Positions 29,902 through 47,349 of a DNA stretch of 64,000 nucleotides are shown in pieces. Source of the DNA: Vulcanimicrobiota bacterium (lineage in GTDB: Bacteria; Vulcanimicrobiota; Vulcanimicrobiia; Vulcanimicrobiales; Vulcanimicrobiaceae); NCBI GenBank assembly GCA_963777315.1, contig CAVZQC010000002.1, forward strand, positions 160,001-224,000, in the 5' to 3' direction. The stretch's first letter is position 1, and each line of letters begins with the position of its first letter. The notes beneath the pieces are model-generated. The model did not search any database and had not been told where the DNA came from. It saw nothing but the letters and a program-made list of their open reading frames with translations. Made by a program: the position numbers and the translations under genes.

Positions 29902-32417
29902 GGGTTCTTGAGCGACCCCCAGCTGTGGGTGAGCGTGACCATAATCGAGTGCGGGTTCGTCGGATGCGCGGTCGTCGCGTAGGGACCGTCGTATCCCGGA
30001 TACGGTACGCCGCTGTCGAATAAGGAGAACAGCGTAGCGTTCTTATTGAAGATGTTCTGCCAGGTGAAGGTCAGAGCGGTGTCGTGCTGCGCGGGCAAGG
30101 TGATCCCGGCGTTATAGATCCAAAACGGCGCTACCGAATACCCGTTGTTCTGCATGAGGTAGTCGCCGCGAATGAAGCCTTGCGCGCCGGCATCGGTGTC
30201 GTAGCGCAGCCCGTAGCCCAGCATGTGCAAAGGGATGCCGAGAAACTGCTGATTGTTGACCGTGTCGGCCGCATTGGTTTCGGTGATCGGATCCAGACCG
30301 TATGGGTAGGAGGCCTGCGTCGTGTAGTAGCCCGTAACCGAGAAATTGTGCGTAACCGGATACGCGCCGTTGAATTCAAAGCCCGCATACACCGAGCCCG
30401 CCAGGTTGATCGGCTGCGAGACGAACAGGATCGGCAAACCGTCCTGCGGTCCGCCTGAAAAATTTCCCGTCCCGGCCGGCGCAGGAAGATTGACGGTGTA
30501 GATATGCCCGTGCAGATTCGTGCGATAGACGTCGAAGCTCAACAAACCGCGGTTGCGATATCCGAAAGAATGGTCGACGCCGAGATCGTATCCCGTCGCC
30601 GTCTCGGATTTCAAGTCGGGGTTTCCGAGCGGAGCCGCGCATGCGCCGTATTTGTACGTGCTCGGGCAGCGCGGATCCGATACGGCATCGCCGCCGTAGT
30701 TGTCCAGCACCGTGTACAGGTCGGATAGGCGCGGTGATGCAAAGCCGCTCGCCGCGGAAAACCGCACCGCCGTGGAGGCGTCCGGCCGGTACACGATTCC
30801 CAAGCGCGGATCGAAACGCTTGACCTGCAAGGTGTCGTACGTGCTGTAGTAGCCGGTGAGATTGAAGCTGAGCTTGGGCGTGGCGCTGAACTCGTCACGA
30901 ATCAGGTACGTGCGCTCGATCTGCTTTCCCGACGTATAGGTCAGATCGCTGAACGTCAACGGGTGTCCGGCTCCCCGGCTGCCGTAGAAGAAATAGTCTC
31001 CGTTGGCGCCGGCCGCGAGCGTGACTTGGTTCCGGCCGAAAATTTTGGTCCAATACGCCTCGTCGCCGTAAAGCCGATCGACGGAACGCTGCATGTAACA
31101 GCATACCGACGGCGGCTCCAAATCGCCGTCGTCGACGCGCTCCAAAATGCCTCCGTACGACCGCAGGATGAGATCGCCTCCGCCGAGTTGAGTGTGCAGA
31201 TCCGCCGACAGTTTGGGTTGAATGTTCCAGAGCTGGTCCCCCGGAAAGCCGTAATAATACGGATGTCCCAGCGGATCGACGGCATCGCCGTTGCTGTCGG
31301 TGGTCGGATTGGTCAGAAGGCCGAGCTGGTCGCGCATGTCGCTTTCATTTTGCGAAGTGAGCGTCAGATACGTCGTCGGGGAAAATTGATACTTGATTTT
31401 GAACAGCGCGGACTTGAGCGCAAACGATTGCGAAGGATGCCACAGCGGTTGGCAGTCGGCGATTCCCGTGCAGCCGCCGCTGTAGTCGGCGATGAAGTTT
31501 CCCGGTATCGGCCCGTCGCTTCCCAGCCGGTGCAGGTCGAAAATGTATCCGAACTTGCCGATCGTGTCGGTTTCGACCAGGTCGTACGTGGAGGTGCCGA
31601 AGCCGCCGACGCCGCCGATGAATTCACCGCCTTGCTTGGCCATCGGATCGCGCGTGACCAGGTTGAGCGTCCCGCCGATCGTGTTTGCGCCGAACAGCGA
31701 CGTTCCGCCCACGCCCTTGAGCAACTCGACGCGCGAGTAGATTGCCGGGGTGAGCGTGGAGAGATCGGCATCGCCGTATTGGCCGTTGCGCATCGGCTGG
31801 CCGTCCTGCAGCACCAGCACTTCGTATCCCGTGTTATTGCCTTGCGTGATGCCGCCCGCGCCGCGAATGGAAAGCGTGGCGACCGAACCCAACCCGCCGT
31901 CGTAATGCTGGATGGTGACGCCGGGCGTTTGCTCGAGCGCCTGCGTGACGAGCACCTGTCCGCTGGTGACGAAATCGCGGTTCGTTATCGTGACCGTCGG
32001 CGTGGAGGTCGTGTTGACCGACTGTTTGCCGTTGATGCGTACCGAAGCGATCGTTTTGAGCGACGACACCGAAACCGGCTGGAGCGTCACCGCGAGCTGG
32101 ACGTGCTCGCTCACGCCGACGCTGAACTGCGGCGACAAGCTGATGGAAAAGCCCGGCGCGGTGGTGCGCAGGGAATACGAGCCGGCGGAGAGATCGTTGA
32201 ACGCGAACGCGCCGGCCGCATCCGTAGTGGTCTTACGATCGACGCCCGCGCCGGTCAGTTCCAACGCCGCGCCGGCTACTGCGCCCTGCGACGTTGCGTT
32301 CGTTACCGTTCCGGTTACGCTCGAGCCGCCGGCGGCCGGCGATGCAGCGGCGTGGGCTTGTCCCACTGCAGCGAGCGAACACAAAAGCAATGCCTGCACA
32401 AACGACGACGCGCGCAT
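29898..32417 (-). CDS. TonB-dependent receptor with N-terminal carboxypeptidase-regulatory-like domain
   Basis: Signal peptide, plug (SIRG, VELLKG..LFGANTIGGTLN), GNPDLKSET, NIFNK. Confidence 0.9.
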   Translation of the reverse strand: MRASSFVQALLLCSLAAVGQAHAAASPAAGGSSVTGTVTNATSQGAVAGAALELTGAGVDRKTTTDAAGAFAFNDLSAGSYSLRTTAPGFSISLSPQFSVGVSEHVQLAVTLQPVSVSSLKTIASVRINGKQSVNTTSTPTVTITNRDFVTSGQVLVTQALEQTPGVTIQHYDGGLGSVATLSIRGAGGITQGNNTGYEVLVLQDGQPMRNGQYGDADLSTLTPAIYSRVELLKGVGGTSLFGANTIGGTLNLVTRDPMAKQGGEFIGGVGGFGTSTYDLVETDTIGKFGYIFDLHRLGSDGPIPGNFIADYSGGCTGIADCQPLWHPSQSFALKSALFKIKYQFSPTTYLTLTSQNESDMRDQLGLLTNPTTDSNGDAVDPLGHPYYYGFPGDQLWNIQPKLSADLHTQLGGGDLILRSYGGILERVDDGDLEPPSVCCYMQRSVDRLYGDEAYWTKIFGRNQVTLAAGANGDYFFYGSRGAGHPLTFSDLTYTSGKQIERTYLIRDEFSATPKLSFNLTGYYSTYDTLQVKRFDPRLGIVYRPDASTAVRFSAASGFASPRLSDLYTVLDNYGGDAVSDPRCPSTYKYGACAAPLGNPDLKSETATGYDLGVDHSFGYRNRGLLSFDVYRTNLHGHIYTVNLPAPAGTGNFSGGPQDGLPILFVSQPINLAGSVYAGFEFNGAYPVTHNFSVTGYYTTQASYPYGLDPITETNAADTVNNQQFLGIPLHMLGYGLRYDTDAGAQGFIRGDYLMQNNGYSVAPFWIYNAGITLPAQHDTALTFTWQNIFNKNATLFSLFDSGVPYPGYDGPYATTAHPTNPHSIMVTLTHSWGSLKNP

Positions 32418-32577
32418 TCCCGCCTCCAATTCAAAGCATCGTAGACATTCGATGAAACGCCCGCAATTTACCTATTGCTCGCAAACCGCCGCTTCGAACG
32501 TAAAGGGGGCCGTAAACGCAAACCGCGAATGGCGGACCGAGCCGATTTACGGCTTGCCTGCCGCACGAGGGATCGAC

Positions 32578-35391
32578 ATGCACAAATGGTTCCTGTCCGC
32601 CGCCATTGCAATCGCCGGGCTGTTGCTGGTTTCCGCGTTTCCGCTCGCGTCGTGGGCGCAGGCGGCCGCGACGGTTACGGGCACCGTCGTCGACGAAACC
32701 GGGGCGCCCATCCCGGGCGCCGCAGTCGTGCTGCGCGGACCTACGTCGCGCACCGTCAACTCGGATCAAAAGGGGGCCTTTTCGTTCCCGGGCGTCACGC
32801 CGGGAATCTACGCGCTGACGGTCACCAAGGCCGGCTACACCACGGCCCTGCAGAACGACATCACCGTCCTGGCCGGCCAAACGTCGAACTTGGCGGTCCG
32901 CATGGGCGCGGCCACGTTTTCGTCCCTGCGCACTATCGCCAGCGTGCGGACGACGGGGTCGGGCCTGAACACGGCGCCCGCTTCGGTGAACGTCGTCACG
33001 ACGCAGACCTTCATCGATCAGGCGCAGCCGCAGGTCACCCGCGTGCTCAGCCAGGTCCCGGGCCTGCAGATCTCATTTCCGTCGAATTCCTCCAACGGCG
33101 CATCGCCCGGCTCCATCACCGTGCCGAACATCCGCGGAGTGACGTCGTACGAAACCGCCTCGCTCATCGACGGACACTATATCTCGGTCGGTCAGTACGG
33201 CGACAACGTCACGACCTTTCTGAACTCCTTCATGTTTGGAAACATCGAAGTGGTCAAAGGTCCGGGCGCCGATGCTCCCGTGGTGAACAATGCAATCGGC
33301 GGAACGACCAACTTCCGCACGAAGGACCCCACGCTTACGCCCACGCCGCAAATACTCTTCGGCTTCGATAACCACGGCGGCACGCTGAGCAATTTGAGCT
33401 TCTCCGACACGCTCGGACGGCTGGGATTCATCGTCGACGTCGCGACGCAAAACAACGTGTCCGCACTCAACGGCAAGGGTGTGTACTACGATCCCAGCTT
33501 CGGCAGCCTCAACGGCGGAACGCTGTTCGGCAACTCGAGCTCGACGCAAGTCGGCAATACCGCCAGCACGCTGACGACCCAGTATCCGTTATTGGCGTGC
33601 TGCTACACGCTGTACGGCAATCTGGACCAAACGGCCGAGCTGGTCAAGCTGCGTTACAAATTGTCCCCCGCGACGGCGTTGACGGTCAGCTATCTGGGTG
33701 GCCAGTCGCACGCGGATCAAAATGGAAACACGTCGGACTTCATCCCCTCGCAGTTCACGCCCGGACCCGGTTATACCGGCAGCCTGCCGCCGGGTCCGGT
33801 TCAAGTGTCGAACGTGTTCCCCGGCGCGTACAGCGGTGAGTTCAACAACGAACCGATCTTCCAAGTCGAAGCGTCCACGACGCTGGACAAGGACACGATC
33901 ATCGGACGTTACTACCATGCAACGGTGAGCAGATACCAATATCAGGGTCTCAATCCGAATTCGTTGGACTACAACAACGTCACGCTGTACGGGACGTCGT
34001 CGGGCTCGGGAAATATCAATCAGACTTTCAACGGCACCCCGGCCGGCGTGGGCTATGCCAGCTTGTACGAAGAGCCCGAAACCGACAAGCTGACCGGCGG
34101 CTCGTTCGAGATTCAGCATCCGCTGGGCTCCAACGACCTGCTCACCTTCTCGGCGGACCGGACCTGGGCGCAGAGCACGGACTACTCGCTGTTCCCGTCG
34201 GGCTATTCGTTCAGTCTGCCGCCCGGAACGGCGCAGACGCTCACCACGTACATGCTGCGCGGGCACTTTTACTTCGGCCCGAAGCTCGACATGACGTTGA
34301 GCAATTATTACAACACGTACAGCAGCACGTACGCGATCGGCTGCGTCGACCAAATCGATACCGGCTGCAATACGCAGGCAAACGCGCAATACGGAACCGG
34401 AGTCTTCTTTGCAACGACCAAAAACCAGCACGACGATCCGCGCGTCGGGTTGACCTACCGGCCCAACGGCGCGACGTCGGTTCGATTTGCGATGGGCAGC
34501 GCGATTGCGCCGCCTTTCCTCGGCCTGCTCAACCAAGTTACGTCGACGCCCACGTACGATTCCTCGACCGGCGTTGCGATCGAGTCGCAAAGCAACGGCA
34601 ATCTGCGGCCGGAGACTGCATTCGGATACGATCTGGGCGCCGACGTTCGGCTCAAGGATCCCGCGACGATCTTCTCCGGTGACGTGTATCTGACCAACTT
34701 GTTCAATCGGTTTTTCGGGCAAACCGTCGACACCGGGTTGACGTGCGGCCAAACCGGTAACTGCGCGCCATCTACCGGCGTTCCGGCTTCGACGCCGATT
34801 CTCAACCAAACGAACACCAACATCAGCAACGCCCGGTTCGAAGGCGTGGAACTGTCGCTGCGCCGCGCGCCGGCCGTCGGACTGGGCTTCGTGCTCTCGG
34901 GCGCGCTGCAAAGGGGATATTATTACAACCTGCCGCCGTACTTCTATTGCTCGATACCGCGCGCGGGCTGCACGCCCGATCAGAACCTGAACATCATTTC
35001 CGGGCAAAACACCAACGGCCTACCGGTGGGATTCTATAAGATCTCGTACAACGGCAACATGCGCATTCCGTACTCGCAAGGCAACGCGGAAGTCTCCTAC
35101 CGCTTCGCGAACGGCGCGTACGCCGCATTCGGCGACACCTATTACGGCAACAACAACTCGCTCAACGAGCCGCCGTTCGGCATCGCGTACGCTACAGTGC
35201 GGTATCCGATCACGAAAACCGTCGATCTGCAGCTGTCGGGCGACAACATCTTCAACGCTTATCCGGGATACTTGCCGATACTGGGCGGCGGCGTGCCGAT
35301 TTCGCTGTACGGCGGCCAAACCGGCGCCACGACCGGCAACGTGCTCGGACCGGCGACGTGGCGGCTCATCCTGTCGACCAGAATGCCGTAG
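32578..35391 (+). CDS. TonB-dependent receptor
   Basis: Signal peptide, G.VVDETGAPIPGA, IEVVKGPG..AIGGTTN, NGNLRPET, NIFN. Confidence 0.9.
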   Translation: MHKWFLSAAIAIAGLLLVSAFPLASWAQAAATVTGTVVDETGAPIPGAAVVLRGPTSRTVNSDQKGAFSFPGVTPGIYALTVTKAGYTTALQNDITVLAGQTSNLAVRMGAATFSSLRTIASVRTTGSGLNTAPASVNVVTTQTFIDQAQPQVTRVLSQVPGLQISFPSNSSNGASPGSITVPNIRGVTSYETASLIDGHYISVGQYGDNVTTFLNSFMFGNIEVVKGPGADAPVVNNAIGGTTNFRTKDPTLTPTPQILFGFDNHGGTLSNLSFSDTLGRLGFIVDVATQNNVSALNGKGVYYDPSFGSLNGGTLFGNSSSTQVGNTASTLTTQYPLLACCYTLYGNLDQTAELVKLRYKLSPATALTVSYLGGQSHADQNGNTSDFIPSQFTPGPGYTGSLPPGPVQVSNVFPGAYSGEFNNEPIFQVEASTTLDKDTIIGRYYHATVSRYQYQGLNPNSLDYNNVTLYGTSSGSGNINQTFNGTPAGVGYASLYEEPETDKLTGGSFEIQHPLGSNDLLTFSADRTWAQSTDYSLFPSGYSFSLPPGTAQTLTTYMLRGHFYFGPKLDMTLSNYYNTYSSTYAIGCVDQIDTGCNTQANAQYGTGVFFATTKNQHDDPRVGLTYRPNGATSVRFAMGSAIAPPFLGLLNQVTSTPTYDSSTGVAIESQSNGNLRPETAFGYDLGADVRLKDPATIFSGDVYLTNLFNRFFGQTVDTGLTCGQTGNCAPSTGVPASTPILNQTNTNISNARFEGVELSLRRAPAVGLGFVLSGALQRGYYYNLPPYFYCSIPRAGCTPDQNLNIISGQNTNGLPVGFYKISYNGNMRIPYSQGNAEVSYRFANGAYAAFGDTYYGNNNSLNEPPFGIAYATVRYPITKTVDLQLSGDNIFNAYPGYLPILGGGVPISLYGGQTGATTGNVLGPATWRLILSTRMP

Positions 35392-35409
35392 CTGACGGCA
35401 TTCCGGCGG

Positions 35410-37875
<2,466 letters not shown>

Positions 37876-38268
37876 CTACGCGAGAATCCTTTTAACGATC
37901 ATCCGAATTTCCGTGCGCGCTTCGGGGATGTATTCGGTGGAAGCGATGGGCAGCGAGATCGTCAGCATGCCGTCACCGTACGTGGCAAAGACCTCGCCGT
38001 ATGCAACGCCAACCGGCAAATGAATTTTTTTGACGAACTCGCCGTTGGCGATCTCCTTTTGCAAAAAAGAACCGCCGCGCAGGCGCGCGGTCTCGGCGCG
38101 GCGTCCGGCGATGAACAGATAATGCTCGTCGAGAAAAACGCGCAAACTTTCGCTGTCGGCGCCCGCGAGCTCGACGCGAACGACGGCCATGCCGGCGGCA
38201 TCGTCGATGACGACGTCGGCGTTGGGTTCCCATAGGGCGCGCGAACGGAAGCGCACGAGTGAATCCAT
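37876..38268 (-). CDS. Hsp20/alpha-crystallin family protein
   Basis: P..DV, VELAG, EI..GEF.K.I.LP, ATYGDGMLTISLP. GGAGG RBS. Confidence 0.88.
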   Translation of the reverse strand: MDSLVRFRSRALWEPNADVVIDDAAGMAVVRVELAGADSESLRVFLDEHYLFIAGRRAETARLRGGSFLQKEIANGEFVKKIHLPVGVAYGEVFATYGDGMLTISLPIASTEYIPEARTEIRMIVKRILA

Positions 38269-38289
38269 CAGCCGGTATAACCTCCGTAA

Positions 38290-38316
38290 TTAGCAATCGG
38301 ATGCGGTGATTGCTAG
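38290..38316. promoter_or_regulatory. CIRCE-like HrcA operator upstream of hsp20-lon
   Basis: TTAGCAATC-N9-GATTGCTAG versus consensus TTAGCACTC-N9-GAGTGCTAA. Confidence 0.78.
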
Positions 38317-38351
38317 AAGCGGGCGGCGGCATCCTTGGCCGCCGTTGCGGC

Positions 38352-39290
38352 TCACGAAGACCGCGCGGCGTCCAACATTCGCTCCAGTCTGTACTTGACC
38401 CGGTACACGCGGTTATGAACGCCGCTTTGCCGGAAGATCCGTCCGCGGCCGCCGTGCGCCTCCCAAAAAAACGCTTGTCCGAACGGCAATCCCATGCGTA
38501 CCAGTTCTTCGTGATACCGATCGATTGCCGCGCTGCGCTCGCGCACGTACTGCGGCGATATTCGATCGAATTGCGCGGTACCGTCGAATACGCTGCGCGC
38601 GAAGTCCTCCGGCGCCTGGCCGTCGGCCAGCGGCAACACGGCCCGCAATTTCGCCGTAAGACCGTCGTACGCCGTGCGAAAGGCACTCCATATTTGGCTG
38701 AGCGCGGCGTGCGGTTCCCGATCGAAGTACGTGGATCTCACCCCGTCGATTTCGGCAGCGTACGCGTCGGCCACATTGGTGTCCGATAGAATGTCCAATT
38801 GCCGCAGACTGAAACGAAGCGAGCTCGCCTTGGCAACGAGCCGCCGCCCCGGGCACCGTCCCGCCGATTCTATTGCATGAACGTAGACGGCGTAGGTGCA
38901 GTATCCCTCGAGCAACTTGCACCAGCGTTCCTGCGGGCTGTCCAAAAAACTCATTCCGGCCAGGACGTCCTTTCCGGCCAGCAGCTGTTTGGGAGCGTGG
39001 GTAGTATACGCCAGGACCTCGAGATGGCTCGACGGGACGATGAGCGGATCGTGATGGAACACCGTGCGATACCGGTCCGGCAGGCGACAGAACGTCGAGA
39101 AGTATTGCGCGTTGTCCGCGCGTTTGTTTGAGGTGACGACGAGCAGGTCGAGATCCGACAGCCCGGGGTAGGTGACGTTCCCGATCAGGTACACCGCATC
39201 GGCGCGGCGCGCAATCTTTGCGGTATAAAAGCGCATCGCGTCGTCGTAGAGGCTGCGGTCCAAGACCGTGGGCAGATCGGAAAAATTCAT
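38352..39290 (-). CDS. Hypothetical protein with Pol-beta-like nucleotidyltransferase motif
   Basis: VYLIGNVTYPGLSDLDLLVV (hG[SN]x7SDxD). ATGA-coupled to the upstream gene. Confidence 0.65.
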   Translation of the reverse strand: MNFSDLPTVLDRSLYDDAMRFYTAKIARRADAVYLIGNVTYPGLSDLDLLVVTSNKRADNAQYFSTFCRLPDRYRTVFHHDPLIVPSSHLEVLAYTTHAPKQLLAGKDVLAGMSFLDSPQERWCKLLEGYCTYAVYVHAIESAGRCPGRRLVAKASSLRFSLRQLDILSDTNVADAYAAEIDGVRSTYFDREPHAALSQIWSAFRTAYDGLTAKLRAVLPLADGQAPEDFARSVFDGTAQFDRISPQYVRERSAAIDRYHEELVRMGLPFGQAFFWEAHGGRGRIFRQSGVHNRVYRVKYRLERMLDAARSS

Positions 39291-40261
39291 GCCGCGAGCT
39301 CCCGGCATCGCACGAGGGTTCGTTCGAGATCCTCACGCCAGCTCCCGGCCGATGTTGCCAGCAGTCTGCGAACGTTTCCGCGCGGAGGTCTTTTGGCCGA
39401 CCAGCGAACGCGCATCGAGGGATGCGAGCAATCCCCCAGCCATTGCGCAAGCGCGGATTGAGGCGGACGATCCCACCGGCGACGGTATTCCTCGGCGCGC
39501 GCTACGGCTTGCCACTGACTTTTGGAAAACCAGCCGCGCGCCAAATCGAACGAATCGCGCTTGTAGACATACTGTCCGCGAGCCGCGCAAAGCAATGCCG
39601 GCATCAGCAGCACGTTGGAGAGCAGCTGTTTAAACGCAAAATCGTCCTGCTCGTGCCGCCGTTGTTTTGCCGCCCCGAGCAGCACGTCGGCTGAACGGCG
39701 AACCCGCGCGCGCGCCGATTGTTCGTCGGGGGACTTCGTGTGGAGCACGATCGTGCGGCTACCGTGAAGCGCAACGGCGCACCGAAGGGTATCCAGCGGC
39801 AAAAACGACTGGTCGTACGCGTCCAGCGCGCTGGCCGCAAAGAACATCAGCCCGTGGTGCATCAACGAGTCGTAACGGAAAATCGCGCGCAGCAAACGCT
39901 GCAGTTCCTGCACGGCCGCCGCGTGTTCCGCCAAGGTGAAGTCGACCCGGTCCTCGATGACGGCGACGACGTCCACGTCGCTGAACCCGCACGCGTCATG
40001 CGTCGCCTGACTGCCGTGCAGAATGACGTGCGGCACGGGATGCAGTCGATCCGCGTTCAGGACCGGCAATCCGGCCATTGCGGGCGATTCCGACAAGGTT
40101 ATCGCAACATCATCCGTGCCAACCGCCGTCTCCGGCCGCACCGATGCGGGCACTCGTCGGGGCCTGGGGCTGAGCAGCGCGTGCAGCGAACGCAGGCCCG
40201 CACCGTTCACCCAGCGTTCGTAATACGCCAGCGGCAGCACTGTGGTTTGACGGTTCTTCAA
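39287..40261 (-). CDS. Hypothetical protein with Pol-beta-like nucleotidyltransferase motif
   Basis: ILHGSQATHDACGFSDVDVVAV followed by a helical C-terminal region. Start uncertain. Confidence 0.7.
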   Translation of the reverse strand: MKNRQTTVLPLAYYERWVNGAGLRSLHALLSPRPRRVPASVRPETAVGTDDVAITLSESPAMAGLPVLNADRLHPVPHVILHGSQATHDACGFSDVDVVAVIEDRVDFTLAEHAAAVQELQRLLRAIFRYDSLMHHGLMFFAASALDAYDQSFLPLDTLRCAVALHGSRTIVLHTKSPDEQSARARVRRSADVLLGAAKQRRHEQDDFAFKQLLSNVLLMPALLCAARGQYVYKRDSFDLARGWFSKSQWQAVARAEEYRRRWDRPPQSALAQWLGDCSHPSMRVRWSAKRPPRGNVRRLLATSAGSWREDLERTLVRCRELAA

Positions 40262-40517
40262 GATGTGCTTCTGGGCATGCGCTTAAGACTAGTGGTAGAA
40301 CCGGGCCCCCGCAATGGTCCGGTTGTTCGGGCCGAGTGGTACGGGTGGGGCTATACGGGCTGCAATGTTAAGACTTCGTCTCGGAAAGTAATCTAAGACT
40401 TTACTTTGGCCCATCGTGCCCCGCGGACGCTTCAAGGACAATTTTGATAGATCACTTGCGTCGGCCGTCAACGGGCCCGGCGCTTTTTGAATCGTCATAT
40501 TGGGGTCGAGCATCGTC

Positions 40518-41111
40518 ATGTCCAGTTTCACGCCTCGTTATGGATGGCTAGCGGCAGCAGCTGCGCTGGTTTTTGTTAGCGCTTGCTCCGCACACCAATC
40601 CAGCTTGCCCGCGATACCGGTGCTCTCGTCCGGCATCCAAAGGGTGCCGACCCCGCAACCGCAAATCACTCCGACCCGGCAAACGCACAGTGTATCCGTG
40701 CAGCAAGGAAGGGCGCCATCGCATCCCGTCACCGCCCCGCATCCGACCAATGCCGCGGGCGACACTCATCCGGGCGTGCGACCATCGCTGGTCCGAGCTC
40801 TCGTGCAGATTACCGACCTTGACGCTGCGGCGCCGCAAGCCGGCTACGATCCCTATCACGATGCGCTCCGCATCGTGAACGGATCCCGTCTTCGTATCTC
40901 CGTGCGGGACGCCACGATTGTATCAGGCTCCATTCGGGCGGGTACCTCTCAGGCCCAACTCACTTCCGACGGCAACGGGCGATGGAGTGCTACGCTGCGC
41001 TTCATCGATACCTCGAATCCACCCAACCCGCACCCTGCGGTCGTCGTGACCCTCACCAAAAACGGCGCCGTGAGCACGCAAAGCTTTACGCTGGCCGAAA
41101 TGCACGAATAG
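40518..41111 (+). CDS. Putative lipoprotein with Pro-rich linker and beta-sandwich C-terminus
   Basis: VSAC lipobox after a hydrophobic stretch. Confidence 0.65.
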   Translation: MSSFTPRYGWLAAAAALVFVSACSAHQSSLPAIPVLSSGIQRVPTPQPQITPTRQTHSVSVQQGRAPSHPVTAPHPTNAAGDTHPGVRPSLVRALVQITDLDAAAPQAGYDPYHDALRIVNGSRLRISVRDATIVSGSIRAGTSQAQLTSDGNGRWSATLRFIDTSNPPNPHPAVVVTLTKNGAVSTQSFTLAEMHE

Positions 41112-41121
41112 AGCCGCGGCA

Positions 41122-46890
<5,769 letters not shown>

Positions 46891-46894
<4 letters not shown>

Positions 46895-47253
46895 TGAATG
46901 TGTGAAGGGATCTGCTTGGCTTTCTTCATGTTCGCATTATTGAGAATGTAGATCTTGTCGGCGTGACGCATGCCGAGCGCCTTTTGATCGTACACGACGC
47001 GAACGTACTGGCCGTGCTTGAGATCTTTCATTTGATACGTCGTCTTGCCGTTGGCGGAAAAGACCTGATCGAACTTCGGCGTGACGATGAAACTCAGGGT
47101 TTGCTGAGCCTTGGGATCGTACACCTTGATGTTGTTTATGGAAGCGTGTACGACCTCGCCGTAAAAATTATTGGTCTTGCCGGCAAACGCGAGTTGAGGA
47201 GCGGCCACGGTTGTTATAAGGACGGCTGAGGCGAGTAGACGGGAGATGCGCAT
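46891..47253 (-). CDS. Small secreted basic beta-barrel (OB-like) hypothetical protein
   Basis: Signal peptide ending [15 protein letters not shown]...ADKIYI. Confidence 0.7.
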
Positions 47254-47349
47254 GGAGTGAACCCCTTTGCAAAGTGATATGCTGCACTCGTACCCCGCTT
47301 GACGCACACTTGAACGTATTGCAGCAGGGCAGCCCGAGCGATCCCCCGG

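Noticed and set aside
39361..39369. Third GCAGTCTGC as another frameshift
   Set aside because: The existing frame ends in an ATGA overlap with the next gene; removing a base gives an implausible frame.
38352..40261. CBASS cyclase or MNT-HEPN toxin-antitoxin assignment
   Set aside because: No recognisable effector, Cap2/Cap3 or HEPN partner adjacent; left unassigned.
40289..40531. 80-aa minus-strand ORF in the divergent spacer
   Set aside because: No motif or clear RBS, and it overlaps the start of the lipoprotein gene.
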